A stretch of 64,000 nt of DNA. It comes from the human T2T-CHM13v2.0 reference genome, Homo sapiens. Shown piece after piece: positions 1 to 19,900 of this stretch. Where the stretch lies: assembly GCF_009914755.1 (NCBI RefSeq), contig NC_060927.1; one strand, written 5' to 3'. The translations under genes and the position numbers were made by a program. The number at the start of each line of letters is the position of its first letter. Within the stretch, counting starts at the first letter, position 1. A model generated the notes under the pieces. It saw only the letters and a program-made list of their open reading frames with translations, made no database searches and was not told where the DNA came from.

Positions 1-295
1 ATATGAATTAATCATTTTTCCATCGAAAATATATTGTTTTATTAAACAATAATAGTTAAAATCATTTTCTGTCTATGAATTGTTTGACATTTAAAATCAG
101 TATGATCGAACTGAGAAAAAAACGCAGATATAGAAGCTTGTTGGTTAACAACAATTCACAGAGCAGGTTTGGTGTGCAGCTGTAGCCCTTGTATGATGGT
201 CTACACTAATTATTCAGGTTTATACTTGAGGTTAAACACACCAAATAATATTCAATATTTCCTTCATTATGCCTACATCGGAGAAAACATACTGA

Positions 296-795
<500 letters not shown>

Positions 796-827
796 TGATG
801 AAATGTGTATGTCAAAAGCCGCAGTCT

Positions 828-977
828 TAGCCAGGCCTGGTGGAACATGCCTGTAATCCCATCTATTTGGGAAACTGAGACACGAGAATCGTTTGAACCA
901 GGGAGCCAGAGGTTTCAATGAGCTGAGATTGCGCCACTGCACTCCAGCCTGGGCAATAGAACAAGACTCTGTCTCAG

Positions 978-1010
<33 letters not shown>
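828..1010 (+). mobile_element. Alu right monomer (FRAM or truncated AluS) with A33 tail
   Basis: TAGCCAGGCCTGGTGG...GCCTGTAATCCC...GAGATTGCGCCACTGCACTCCAGCCTGGGCAA, then poly-A 978-1010. Confidence 0.88.
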
Positions 1011-1011
<1 letters not shown>

Positions 1012-1099
1012 CCATACCATCTTTAAAGCAAGAGTAATAAACTTTCTCAGTTTTAATGAAAAACCTTTAAGATCTCTGTGGATATTGTTGTTGAACAGC

Positions 1100-2290
1100 A
1101 ACAACAAAAATAACATAACAAAGTTCAATATCAAGCAACAGACTGGAGGAAAATACTTACAGCATAGAGAATAGAAAAAATAGCATCCAGATAAGCCGAC
1201 CAATACAGAAATGCATGTATGGTTGTATATAGAATCATTTCTAAAATATAAAAAAACTATAAAGAAAACAATATAAACAATCCTATAAACCATCATGACA
1301 GAGAATAAATGGGCAATAAACATTATAAAGTGTTCAAATCAAACTATTTTAAAAAATATATTTTTGCATATTAGACTGGCAAAACTTTAAAAGAATGATA
1401 ATATCAATTATTGGTGAGAGTAAGGGAAAACATGTATTCTTGTACACTGGTAGTGGAGCATAAACTGGCAGGTTTTATTTGAAGGTATTTTGGTAAAATT
1501 TCAAGCACATATACTCTTCATCTCAACAACTCTGCTTCTAAGTATGTCGTACATATATGCCCATGTGCTGGAAAAAATAGCATTATTTATTGAAAGACTG
1601 TTTGTGAGATCAAAAAATTAAAAATGACTTAAATATCTATTAAGAGGAGCACAGGATCAGGCACGGTAGCTCATGCCTGTAATCCCAGCACTTTGGGAGA
1701 CCAAGGCAAGAGGATCACTCGAGCCAAGGAATTCAAGACCAGCCTGGATGACAAAGAGAGACCCCATATTTCCAAAAAATTTTAACAATTGTCCAAGTGT
1801 AGTGGTGCACGCCTGTAGTCCCAGCTAGTCAGGAGGCTGAGGCAGAAGGATCACTTGAGCCTGTGAGGGGTCAAGGCTACAGTCAGCTATGATCACACCA
1901 TTGCACTCCAGTGTAGGTGACAGAGCAAGACCCTGACTTAAAAAAAAAAAAAAGGAGGGGAATGGAAATAAAAGCTATAAAAACTTGTACTGTGGAATAA
2001 TATGCAGTTGCTAAAAGGAAGACACTCTCGTACTGAAGATCTCAAAGATACCATAAGTTAAAATGCAAGTTGTAAAGTGCCACACTCATAGCATAATTCT
2101 CTATAAATCAGTTAAAGTAGTAGATATGTAAATATGTGGAAAAATACATAGAAAAGAGTTTGGAAAGACAAACTGCTAATACAATGATTATATTTGGAGA
2201 AAAATATGGAGAGTACCGAGTTTTGGTTTATTATTTTAGTATGTTAATATAGCTTTTTAATGAAAAAATGTAAAAAAAAATAAAATCTGC
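1100..2290 (+). mobile_element. Old, degraded L1M (L1ME/MC-like) 3' fragment split by the Alu at 1655-1953; boundaries approximate
   Basis: Degenerate L1 ORF2 3'-end motifs: AATAAATGGGCAA (1304), TTAGACTGGCAAAA...TTGGTGAGAGTAAGGGAAAAC (1371-1431), and TGTGGAATAATATGCAG (1991) after the Alu. Confidence 0.55.
1655..1953 (+). mobile_element. Full-length AluJ
   Basis: Dimeric Alu with J-type motifs (GGATCACTCGAGCC, GGATCACTTGAGCC, CAAGGCTACAGTCAGCTATGATC, AGACCCTG) and poly-A to 1953. Confidence 0.92.
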
Positions 2291-3614
2291 AAATAACTTT
2301 TTTCCTGATTTTAACCACAAATGGTTCTTTCACTAAGAAGATAAATAAGTAATACAAATGTCTGAATTTCTTTCCCTTTTCTTGTCTCTTATTACCTGGT
2401 AAACAATAAGCAATAAATACTCAAAAGTTGACTAATAGAAGAAAAAAGAAGCAAAAAGACTAATCAACAGTCACTCAACTTATTTATTAGTTAAGTAACT
2501 AAAAAATCTTTCAAGAGTGAAGTAATATTACTTTATTTATCTGACTTGCCAAAGCAGAAGTTTAAATGTAATGGATAAATAAATACATTGTTTGGGTTAG
2601 ATTTATAACCCTATCTCTTGCCATGTTTATCATTATGCTCATTAAAATAGAGATTAAGTCAAGGCAGTGTGTATATAAAAGATGGTACTCTGTGATCATG
2701 CTATCTATCTGCCAAGTGTGTTATTGACTTATCAGTGACAGTCCTGTCAACAATGAAAGAGCCTGATGTGGGCAATTATCTCATTTAGTTGAAGTAGTTT
2801 TATTCATGCTGGTTTGTAATAAATACAGCAAAAAATTTGGACTTTTTGAACTTCACAGCAACTATGTGATTCTTTCTGGGGAAAACGATAATACTTTCAT
2901 TGAAGGGTGAATACGCTGATTCAATTTTAAAAATCAAGGTGAAATGCACTTAGGAAATAAAGCTCCATATATATTCACTTCTTGGCATTTATTCCTTACA
3001 CAATATTAACTTTTGGAATTAGGAGTTTGATGGTGATTTTTAAGAACATCTCTTTCCCCGTATGGGCCCCCATTAAAGGGTACAAACCAGGTGTAATAAC
3101 ACATACTGTATTCATGCTTGTGAAAGCAAAGGTCTAAATCACCCAGAATACCCAAGGTTTTTGAGTTCTTGGGAATGTCCACTTAAGTTTATAAAAGTAA
3201 ACATAACCACCTTTATTTTTTAAGAGACGACAAAACTCAGGTAAAAAGCATGCAACATATTTTTCCATAATTGCAAAGTGAATAGACAACAAACCTACAG
3301 CTAGATCATAGGCATCCCAACTCTCAGACCTGCAATCCATTGTTTATTGTCTGCTGCTTTTCAAAAATCAGGAAGTTTTATTGTCTCCATTGTTGAGAGG
3401 AATATTAAAAAACAAAAACTGTTACGCTTCTGTCCTACAGGAAAATTAAGCTAACAACAACAAAAAATTTTGTCTAAATATATTTGCACCAAATTTGGAT
3501 TTCATCTAATTCAGTGCAACAATGCTTTAAATTGGTATGATACATGACAATGTTCAAAGCATGAATTAGTAATTTCATTTGATTTTCACATAATGAAATA
3601 AACTATAAGTCAGA

Positions 3615-3730
3615 ATTATTATCCCTATTTTCCTATTGAAGAAATTGAAGCTGAGAGAGGTGACATGATTTGCTACAAGTTGTGCTAATGGAATTCAAAT
3701 ATACCCATCCCCTTAGCCCAGTGCTCTTTT
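3615..3730 (-). mobile_element. MIR fragment
   Basis: ATTATCCCTATTTTCCTATTGAAGAAATTGAAGCTGAGAGAGGTGACATGATTTGC resembles the reverse-complemented MIR core (ATTATCCCCATTTTACAGATGAGGAAACTGAGGCTCAGAGAGG). Confidence 0.65.
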
Positions 3731-3782
3731 CTGCAGTGTATTCTGCTACTCAAATGTCCACGATGTACCTGATTTAATTTTT

Positions 3783-4321
3783 TTATTTACATATTTTTAT
3801 CTGGAAATGTGTTTATCAGTACAGTGAAACTAAATTATAGAGACACTGATGTCATTAATTTAGACAAAATTACTTTATAATAAAAGACATGGTAATTAAT
3901 ATATTATGTAAGATTTTAGAACTTCAGTGGAATGGGCAGCTTCATGTTGATGCCATTTCAACAGTGAATTATTTCAGTCTACCTACTTTCTAAGAATGTC
4001 ACTATCTCTAAATAAAAAAATAATCGCTGTGGTCTAGAATTACTTTGGTGCCTCCATATTCTGAGAGAAGTACTTTATCTCCAGCTTTCACACTAACTGC
4101 TTGAATCCCTTTCCTTTAGGGCCCAATCCAACAGTATTGCTTGCAATACTTTTCCTGAGAATTTTCTGGAAGCATAATGCCTTCTTTGGTTACGGTTTTG
4201 GCTGCACTACTTTTAGCCAAACAACACTCGGTCAAAGAGCAGAAGAAACTTTCTACATGTTTGGTCTCCCATGACTGCCGCTGCCACAGCTCATACTCTG
4301 TTCTTGCACAACTGCCACGAG
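3783..4321 (-). pseudogene. HSPE1: Processed pseudogene of HSPE1 (mitochondrial co-chaperonin Hsp10/Cpn10); decayed CDS 4272->3974 plus both UTRs
   Basis: Minus-strand translation across frames gives MGDQTCRKFLLLFDRVL / SAAKTVTKEGIMLPENSQ / [39 protein letters not shown], matching HSPE1 MAGQAFRKFLPLFDRVL...[40 protein letters not shown]. It is intronless, with frameshifts, premature stops and a short A tail. TSD CTGATTT(T)AATTTTT at 3769-3782 and 4322-4336. The symbol names the parent gene; the pseudogene number is not determined. Confidence 0.95.
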
Positions 4322-4639
4322 CTGATTTTAATTTTTGTAAAAGAAATTATGTGGTTGTGCAGTGGGTAAGGTCACTATCTTAAATAATTAGCTGTCCTTT
4401 ACAAAATAAACCCATCCATCTAAGAGAATGGCTTTTGAAGCAGTCTACTGTTTCTTGCCAGAAAGATACCGGCATGACATCATGAACCCAAATTAAAACT
4501 ACAGGACTGTGGGATGAGATAAGCACCGGGTGTGAAGTACTTTCACCAATTGACTCAAAGTCCTTCTGCCTAAAAATATTCACCCTGCTGACATGCAGCA
4601 ATATCTAAAAAGTTCCATTATTTACCATAATAACCATGA

Positions 4640-4780
4640 CATATGAGCACATAAATGCTGTTTTACATTATTTCCTTTAATCTGAATCATAACTGTTATA
4701 AGTAGACTAAAATTTTCCATTTCATATATGAATAAGCTAAAATTTAGAGTTGAGTTAATTTTAGCAAGTTCCCACAGCTG
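4640..4780 (-). mobile_element. Possible highly degraded MIR fragment
   Basis: CCATTTCATATATGAATAAGCTAAAATTTAGAG...AAGTTCCCACAGCT weakly follows the reverse-complemented MIR core. Confidence 0.4.
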
Positions 4781-5371
4781 AGAACACAGACAACCAGCAT
4801 CCAAAACCTGTCCTGTTTTTATATTAGCACACTGTCCCTTACTCATTTTTTTCACTTCTTTGTATTAAGAAGCAGCTCAAAAAAGTCTTTGTTAAAACCC
4901 AACTATGTTGCTTGAAAAATGTTACATTCAGATTCAAAATTTTAAGTTATAATGTGGAGTTTATGAGTCTTTCAAGATAAGAAGTACAACTGAGTCAACT
5001 TGATTTTTTTAACTTCCCTGAGTCACTCCTTCTTCAAAATGATGATCAAAGCAGGTGGAACAATTATAACAATAAAACCATTGTGCAAACATGAACTGGA
5101 ATTCTCTTTGAAATTGTATTCACAGCCTGCATATGTTCTCTTCATGTGAAGGGTAAATCTTCATTTTTTGAGTGTAAATTTGATTGACTTACCTTCAAAA
5201 AAGTAATTTATTGGTATTGGTTTCTTAGTAGCCCCTGTGATGATAGTGATGCTAGCACTGCCTCTACTAATGCCATCCTTTGTTCAAGGAGGGCAAGACC
5301 AAAGATCCGTAGGTTGTCCAAAACTGATCAGTCAGGTAAGGATGAGGTGGAAGATGGAGGAGGGTCCAGGC

Positions 5372-10939
<5,568 letters not shown>

Positions 10940-10940
<1 letters not shown>

Positions 10941-13900
10941 AAATCATGCAACACAAAGAAGTTTCTCAGAAAGCTTCTGACTAGTTTTTATATGAAGATA
11001 TTTCCTACATCATCAGAGGCATCAAAGCGCCCAAAATATCCATTTGCACATCCTACAAAATACTGTTTCCAAGCTGTTCAGTCACAAAAAGATTCATCTC
11101 TGTGTCATGAAAGCACACATCAAAAAGAAGTTTATCAAAAATCTTCTGTCTAGTTTTTATGTGAAGATATTTCCTTTTTCACCATAAAACTCAAACCACT
11201 CCCAAATATCCCTCAGCAGATTCTGCAAAAAGACTGTTTCTAAACTGCTCAATCAAAAGAAAGTTTCAACACTGTGAGATGAATGCATATATCACAAAGA
11301 AGTTTCTCAGAATCCTTCTGTATAGTATTTATTTGAAGATATTTCTTTTTCACCATAGGCCTCAAACAGCTCAGAAATATCCCATTGCAGATTCCATGGA
11401 AAGACTTTTTGGAAACTGCTCAGTTGAAAGAAAATTCAACTCTTAGGTGAATGCACACATCACAAGAAAGTTTCTCAAAAAGCTTCTGTCTACTTTTTAT
11501 GTGAAGATATTTCCTTTTTCACCATAGAGCTCAAACGGCTCACAAATATCCCTCTGCAGAATCTACAAAAAGACTTTTTCCAAATTGCTCAATCAAAGGA
11601 AAGGTACACCTCTCTGAGATGAATGCACATATCACAAAGAAGTTTCTCAGAAAGCTTCCATCTAGTTTTTATGTGAAGATATTTCCTTTTTCACAACAAG
11701 ACTCAAGTGCTCCAAATATCCATTTGCAGATTCTATAAAAAGACTGTTTCCAAAGTTCTGAATCAAAAGAAAGGTTCAAGACTATGAGATGAATACACTC
11801 ATCACAAAGAAGTTTCTCAGAAAGTTTCTGTCTAGTTTTTATCTGAAGATATTTCCTATTTCACTGTAGGCCTCAAAGGGCTCAAAAATATCCCTTCGCA
11901 GATTCTACAAAAAGACTTTTTCCAATCTGTAAAATCAAAAGAAAGGTTCAGGTCTGTGCGATGAATGCATGCATCACAAAGATGCTTCTCAGAATGCTTC
12001 TGTCTTGTTTTTATGTGAAGATATTTCCTTTTCCACCATAGGCCTGAAACCGTTTGCAAATATCCCTCTGCAAATTTGGCAAAAAGACTGTTTCCAAACT
12101 GCTCAATCAAAGGAAAGTTTCAGTTCTGTGAGCTGAAAGCACACATCACAAAGAAGTTTCACAGAAAGTTTTTGTCTATTTTTTTCTGAAGATATTTCCT
12201 ATTTCACTACAGGCCTCAAGATGTTCCAAATATCCATTTGCAGATTCTACAAAAAGACTCTTTCCAAACTGCTCAATCAAAAGAACAGTTCTACACTGTG
12301 AGATGAAAGCATAAATCACAAAGAAGTTTCTCAGAAAGATTCTGTCTAGTTTTCAAGTGAAGATATTTTGTATTTCACAATAGGCCTCAAAGGGCTCACA
12401 AATATCCCTTTGCAGATTATACAAAAAGACTGTTTCAAAACAGCTCAATCAAAAGAAAGTTTTAATTCTGTGAAATGAATGAACACATCACAAAAAGTTT
12501 CTCAGAAAGCTTTTGTCTAGTATTTATCTGAAGATATTTCTTTTTCACCATATGCCTCAAACAGCTCAGAAATATCCCTTTGCAGAATTTATAAAAAGAC
12601 TGTTTTCAAACTGCTCAACCAATAAAACGTTCAACTCTGTGAGAATAATGCACACATCACAAAGAAGTTTCTCAGAAAGCTTCTGAGTAGTTTTTATGTG
12701 TAAATAATTCTTTTTCACCATAGGCCAAAAACGACTCAGAAATATCCATTTGCAGATTGTACAAAAAGACTGTTTCCAAGCTGCTCAATCAAAAGAAAGG
12801 TTCAACTCTGTGAGATGAATTCAGGAATCACAAAGAAGTTTCTCAGAATGATTCTGTTTAGATTTTATGTGAAAATATATTTCCTTTTTTCACCATAGGC
12901 CTCAAAGCATTCTAAATATCCATTTGCGGATTCTACAAAAAGAGTGTTTCTAAACTGCTCAATGAAAAGAAAGGTTCAATTCTGTGAGGTGAATACACCC
13001 ATCACAGAGAAGCTTCTCAGAATGCTTCTGTCTAGTTTTTATGTGAAGATATTTCCTTTTCACCGTAGGCCTCAACGTGCTCCAAATATCCATTTGCAGA
13101 TTCTACAGAAAGACTGTTTCCAAACTGCTCAATCAAAAGAAAGGTTCAACTCTGTGAGATGAAAGCATACATCACAAAGAAGTTTCTCTGAAAGCTTCTG
13201 TCTAGTTTTTATGTGAAGATATTTCCTATTTCACCATAGGACGTAAAGGGCTCAGAATTATCCCTGTAAAGATTCTACGAAAAGACTGTTTCTAAACTGT
13301 TCAAACAAAAGAAAGTTTCAATTCTTTGAGATGAATGCACAAGTCAAAAAGAAGTTTCTCAGAATGCTTCTGTCCAGTTTTTATGTTAAGATATTTCTTT
13401 TTCACCATAGGCCTCAAATGCCTCAGAAATATCCCTTTGCAGATTGTACTAAAAGACTGTTTCCAAACTGTTCAATCAAAAGAAATGTTCAACCCTGTGA
13501 GATGAATGTACACATCACAAAGAAGTTTCTCAGAATGCTTCTGTATTGTTTTTACATGGAGATGTTTCTTTTTCACCAGAGGTGTCAAACGGCTTGGAAA
13601 TATCCCTTTGCAGATTGTACAAAACGTCTCCTTCCAAACTGCTCAATCAAAAGAAACGTTGAAGTCTGTTACATGAATGCAGGCATCCCAAAGAAGTTTC
13701 TCAGAAAGCTTCTGCTTAGATTTTATGTGAAGATATTTCCTTTTTCACCATAGACCTCAAAGCACTCCAAACATCGATTTGCAGATTCTACAAAGAGAGT
13801 GATTCCAACCTGCTCAATCAAAAGAAAGGTTCAACTCTGTGAGATGAATGCAGGCATCACAAAGAAGTTTCTCAGAATGTATCTGTCTAGTTTTTATGTG

Positions 13901-16900
13901 TAGATATCTCCTTTTCCACCATAGGCCTCAAAGCACTCCAAATATCCCTCTGCAGATACTATGAAAACACTGTTTCCAAATTGCTGCATCAAAATAAACG
14001 TTCAACTCTATGAGATGAATGCAGACATCACAAAGAAGTTTCTCAGAATGCTTCTGTTCAGTTTTTATGTGAAGATATTTCCTTTTTCACCATTGGCCTT
14101 AAAGGGCTCCCAAATATCCCTGTGCGATTCTATGAAAAGACTGCTTCCAAACTGCTCAATAAAAAGAAAGTCAATTCTGTGAAATGAATGCACACATCAC
14201 CAAGAAGTTCCTCAGAATGCTTCTGTCTAGTTTTTATGTGAAGATATGTCTTTTTCACCATGGGCCTCAAACGGCTCAGAAATATCCCTTTGTACATTAT
14301 ACAAAAAGACAGTTTCCAAACTTCTCAATCAAAAGAAAGGTTCAACTCTGTGAGATGAATGCAGGCATCACAAAGAAGTTTCTCAGAATCCTTCTGTCTA
14401 GTTTTTATGTGAAAATATTTCCTTTTTCACCACAGGCTTCACAGCGCTGCGAATATCCTTTTGCAGATTCCACAAAAAGTCTGTTTCCAAACTGCTCAAT
14501 TGAAAGAAAGGTTCAATTCTGTGGGATGAAAGCATACATCACAAAGAAGTTTCTCAGTATGTTTCTGTCTAGTTTTTATGTGAACATATGTCCTTTTTCA
14601 CCATAGGTCTTAAACCATTCACAAATATCCCTCTGCAGATACTACAAAAAGACTGTTTCCCCAGTGCTCCATCAAAAGAATGGTTCAATTCTGTGAGATG
14701 AATGCACATATCACAAAGAAGTTTCTCAGAATGCTTCTGTTCAGTTTTCATGTGAAGATATTTCCTTTTTCACCATACACCTCAAAGCACTCCAAATATC
14801 CATTTGCATATTCTACAAAAAGACTGTTTCCAAACTGCTCAATCAAAAGAAAGTTTCAACTCTGTGAGATGAAAGCATACATCACAAAGAAGTTTCTCAG
14901 AAAGATTCTCTATAGTTTTTATATGAATATATTTCCTATTTCACCATAGGCCACAAAGCGCTCAGAAATATCCAGGTGCAGATTCTACGAAAAGAATGTT
15001 TCCAAACTGCTCAATCAAAGGAAAGTTTCAACTCTGTGAGATGAATGCACACATCACAAAAAGTTTCTCAGAATGCTTCTGTCTAGTTTTTATGTGAAGA
15101 TATTTCCTTTTTCAATGTAGGCCTCAAAGTGCTCCATATATCCACTTGCAGGTTCTACAAAAAGATTGTTTCCAGGCTGCTCAATCAAAAGAAAGGTTCA
15201 ACTCTGTGAGAGGAATGCACACATAACAAAGAAGTTTGTCAGAATGCTTCTGTCTAGATTTTATGGGAAGATATTTTATTTTTCACCATAGGCCTCAAAG
15301 TGCTCCAAATATCCATTTGCAGATTCTACAAAAAGACTGTTTCCAAACCGCTCAATCAAAAGAAATGTTCAATTCTGTGAGATGAAAGCATATATCAGAA
15401 AGAAGTTTCTGAGAGAGTTTCCATCTGGTTTTTATGTAAAGATATTTCCTATTTCACCATAGGCCATAAAGGCCTCAAAAATATCTCTATGCAGATTCTA
15501 TGAAAAGACTGTTTGCAAACCACTCTATCAAAACAAGGGTTCAACTCCGTGAGATGAATGCACACATCACAAAGAAGTTTCTCAGAATGCTTCTCTCTAC
15601 TTTTTCTTTGAAGATATTTCCTTTTCCACTATAGGACTCAAAGCGCTCCAAATATCCATGTGCAGATTCTACAAAAATATTCTTTCCAAACTGCTCGATC
15701 AACAGAAAGGTTCAACTCTGTGAGATGAAAGCATACATCAGAAAGAATGTCTCAGAAACCTTCTGTCTAGTTTTTATTTGAAAGTATTTCCTATTTCACC
15801 ATAGGCCTTAAAGGGCTCACAAATATCCCTGTGCAGATTCTACGAAAAGACTGTTTACAAACTGCTCAGTCAAAAGACAATTTCAAATCTGTGAGATGAA
15901 TGCACACATCACAAAGAAGTTTTGCAGAATGCTTCTGTCTAGTTTTTATGTGAAGGTATTTCTTTTTCACCATAGGCCTCAAACGGCTTGGAAATATCCA
16001 TTTGCAGATTGTACAAACATACTGTTTCCAAACTGCTCAATCAAAGGACAGCTTCAACTCTGAGAGATGAATGCAGGCATCAGAAAGAAGTTTCTCAGAA
16101 TGCTTCTGTCTTGTTTTTATATGAAGCTATTTCCTTTTTCACCACAGGCCTTAAAGTGGTCACAAATATTCTTCTGCATATACTAGAAAAAGACTGTTTC
16201 CAAACTGCTCCATCAAAAGAAAGGATCAACTCTGTAAGACGAATGCACACATCACAAAGAAGTTTCTCAGAATGCTTCTGTCTAGTTTTTATGTGAAGAT
16301 ATTTCCTTTTCCACCACAGGCCTCAAAGTGTTCCAAATATCCACTTGCAGATTCTACAAAAAGACTGTTTTCAAACTGCTCTATCAAAAGAAAGTTTCAA
16401 CTTTGTGAGATGAAAGCATACATCACAAAGAAATTTCTCAGAATTCTTCTGTCTTGTTTTTAAGTGAAGATAGTTCCTAATTCACCATAGGAAATAAAGG
16501 GCTCACAAATATCGCTGTGTAGATTCTACAAAAAGACTGTTTCCAAACTGATCAAACAAAAGAAATGTTCAACCCAGTGAGATGAATTCACATATCACAA
16601 AGAAGTTTCTCAGCATGCTTCTGCCTAGTTTTTATGTGAAGATATTTCTTTTTCACCATAGGCCTCAACCAGCCCGTAAATATCCCTTTGCAGACTATAC
16701 AAATGGACTGTTTCCAAACTGCTCAAAGAAGGGTCAATTCTGTGAGATGAATGCAGGCATCACAAAGAAGTTTCTCAGAATGTTTCTTTCTAGCTTTTAT
16801 GTAGAGATATTTCCTTTTCAACCATAGGCCTCAAAGTGCTCCAAGTATCTATTTTCAGATTCTACAAAAATACTCTTTCCGAACTGCTCAACCAAAACAA

Positions 16901-19900
16901 AGGTTCATCTCTGTGAGATTAATGCACACATCACAACGAAGTTCTCAGAATGCTTCTGTCTAGTTTCTATGTGAAGATATTTCTTTTCCACCATAGGCTT
17001 CAAACAGCTCAGAATTATCCCTTTGCATATGGTTCAAAAAGACTGTTTAAAAACTGCTCAATCAAAAGAAAAATTCAAACCTTTGACATGAATGCAGGCA
17101 TCACAAAGGAGTTTCTGAGAATGCTTGTGTCTGGTTTTTGTGTGAAGATATTTCCTTTTTCACCTTAGGCCTCAATGCGATGCAAAAATCTATTTGCAGA
17201 TTCTACAAAAAGACTGTTTCAAAACTGCTCAATCAAAAAAAATGTTCAACTCTGTGAGATGAATGCACACATCATAAATAAGTTTCTCAGAAAACTTCCA
17301 TCTAGTGTTTATATGAAGATATTTTCTTTTTTACCTCAGGCCTAAAAGCGTTCCAAATATCACTTGGCACATTCTACAAAAAGACTGTTTCCAAACTGCT
17401 CAATCGAAAGAAAGTTTCAACTCTGTGAGATGATTGCAAACACCACAAATAAGTTTCTCAGAAAGATTCTGTCTAGTTTTTATGTTAAGATATTTCCTTT
17501 TTCACCAGAGGCCTCTAAGCGCTCCAAATATCCCTTTGCTGATTCTATAAAAAGACTGTTTCCAAATTGCTCTATCAAAAGAAAGGTTCAAGTTTGTGAG
17601 GTGAATCTGCAGATCACAAAGAAATTTCTCAGAAAGCTTCCATCTACTTTTCATATGAAGATATTTCTTTTTTCACCATAGGCCTCAAAGCACTCAAAAC
17701 GATTACTTTGCAGATTCTACAAAAATACTCTTTCCAAAACTGATCAATCAAAACAAAGTTCAACTCTGTGAGATGAATGCACACATCACAAAGAAGTTTC
17801 TCAGAAAGCTTCTGCCTAGTTTTGATGTGAAGATATTTCATTTTTCACCACAGGCCACAAAGGGCTCACATATATCCCTTTGCAGATACTACAAAAAGAC
17901 TGTTTCCAAACTGCTCAATCAAAAGAATGGTTCAACTCTGTGCGGTGAATGCACACAACATAAAGAAGTTTCTCAGTAAATTTCCATCTAATTTTTATGT
18001 GAAGATATTTCCTTTTTCACCATGAGCCTCAAAGCACTCCAAATATCCCTTTGCAGATTCTGCAAAAAGAGTGTTTCCAAACTGGTCAATCAAAAGAAAG
18101 GTTCAACTCTGTGAGAAAAATGCACATATCATAAGGAAGTTTCTCAGAAAACTTCTTTCTTCTTTTTATGTGAAGATATTTCCTTTTTCACCATAGGCCT
18201 CACAGAGCTCCAAATATCCATTGGCAGATTCTACAAAAAGACTGTTTCCAAACAGATAAATCAGAAGTACTTTTCAAATCTGTGAGATGAATGCACACAT
18301 CACAAAGAAGTTCCTCAAAATGCTTCTGTCTAGTATTAATGTGAAGATATTTCCTTTTTCACCATAGAACTCACACTGCTCTCAAATATCCCTTTGCAGA
18401 TCCTTCAAAAAGACTGTTTCCAAACTGTTCAATCAAAGGAAACATTCAACTCTGTGAGATGAATGGAGACATTAGAAAAAAGTTTCTCAGAAAGCTACTG
18501 TCTGTCTAGTTTTTCTGTGAAGATATTTCCTTTTTCACCATAGGAATCCAAGAGCTCACAAATATCCCTCTGCAGATTCTACAAAAAGACTGTTTCCAAA
18601 CTGCTCAATCAAAAGAAAGGTTCAACTTGGTGAGATGAATATACAGATCACAAGCAAGTTTCTCAAAAAGCTTCTGTCTAGTTTTTATGTGAAGATTCAT
18701 CCTTTTTCACCATAGGCCTCAAAGGGCTCACAAATACCCCTTTGCAAATTCTACTAAAACACTGTTTCCAAACTGCTCAATAAGCAGGAAAGTACAACTC
18801 TGTGAGATGAATGCAAGCATAACAAAGAAGTTTCTCAGTAATCTTCTGCCAAGTTTTTATGTGAAGATATTTCCTTTTTCAACATAGGCCTCAAACCACT
18901 CAGAATATCCTTTTGCAGATTCTACAAAAAGATGGTTTCCAAACTGCTCAATCAAAAGAACCATTGAACTCATTGAGATAAATGCGCACATCATAAAGAA
19001 GTTTTCCAGAAAACTTCCATCTAGTTTTTATGTGAAGATGTTTCCATTCTCAGAGTAGTCCTCAATGCACAACAAATGTCTTTTTGCAGATTCTAAAAAA
19101 AAAAAAAAACTCTTTCCAAACTGCTCTATCAAAACGAAATTTCAACTCTGTGAGATAAATCCACACATCACAAAGAAGTTTCTCAGAAAGCTTCGGTCTA
19201 CTTGTTATGTGAAGATATTTCCTTTATCAACGTAGGCCACAAAGCGTTCCAAATATCCATTTGCTGATTCTACAAAAAGACTGTTTCCAAACTGCTCCAT
19301 CTAAAAAAAGGTTTAACTCTGTGAGATGAATGCAAACATCACAAAGAAGTTTTTCAGAATGCTTCTGTGTGTTTTTTTGTGAAGATGTTTCCTTTTTCAC
19401 CATAGTCCTCCAACTGCTCACAAATATCCCTCTGCAGATTCTACAAGAAGATTGTTTCCAAACTGCTCAATCAAAAGAAATGATCAACTGTGTGAGAAGA
19501 ATGCACACATCACAAGGAAGTTTCTCAGAATGCTTCTGTCTAGTTTTTTTGTGAAGATATTTCCTTTTTCACTATAGTCCTCAAAGCACTCCAAATATCC
19601 ATTTGTAGATTCTACAAAAAGACGGTTTCCAAACTGTTCAATCAAAAGAAAGGTTCAACCGTTTGAGATGAATGCATACATCACAAAGAAGTTTCTCAGA
19701 AAACTTCTGTCTAATTTTTACGTGAAGATATTTCCTTTTCACCATAGGCCTCAAAGGGCTCACATATATACCTTCACAGATTCTACAAAAAGTCTCTTTC
19801 CAAAGTGCTCAATCGAAAGAAAGTTCAACTCTGTGAGATGAAATCTCACATCACAAAGAAGTGTCTCAGAAAACTTCTGTCTAGTTTTTATGTTAAGATA

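Noticed and set aside
4177-4855. ORFs 4177-4383, 4380-4601 and 4622-4855 (and 3134-3340)
   Set aside because: Short, with no recognisable family; 4177-4383 is antisense to the HSPE1 pseudogene.
5229-5341. Exon-like segment (TTTCTTAG acceptor, CAG/GTAAGG donor)
   Set aside because: Such motif pairs arise by chance; there is no recognisable coding homology or partner exon.
19095-19109. A15 tract inside a monomer (similar run near 27555) as an extremely truncated retro-insertion
   Set aside because: It lies at the monomer's native CTACAAAAAGACT A-run with no TSD; slippage explains it.
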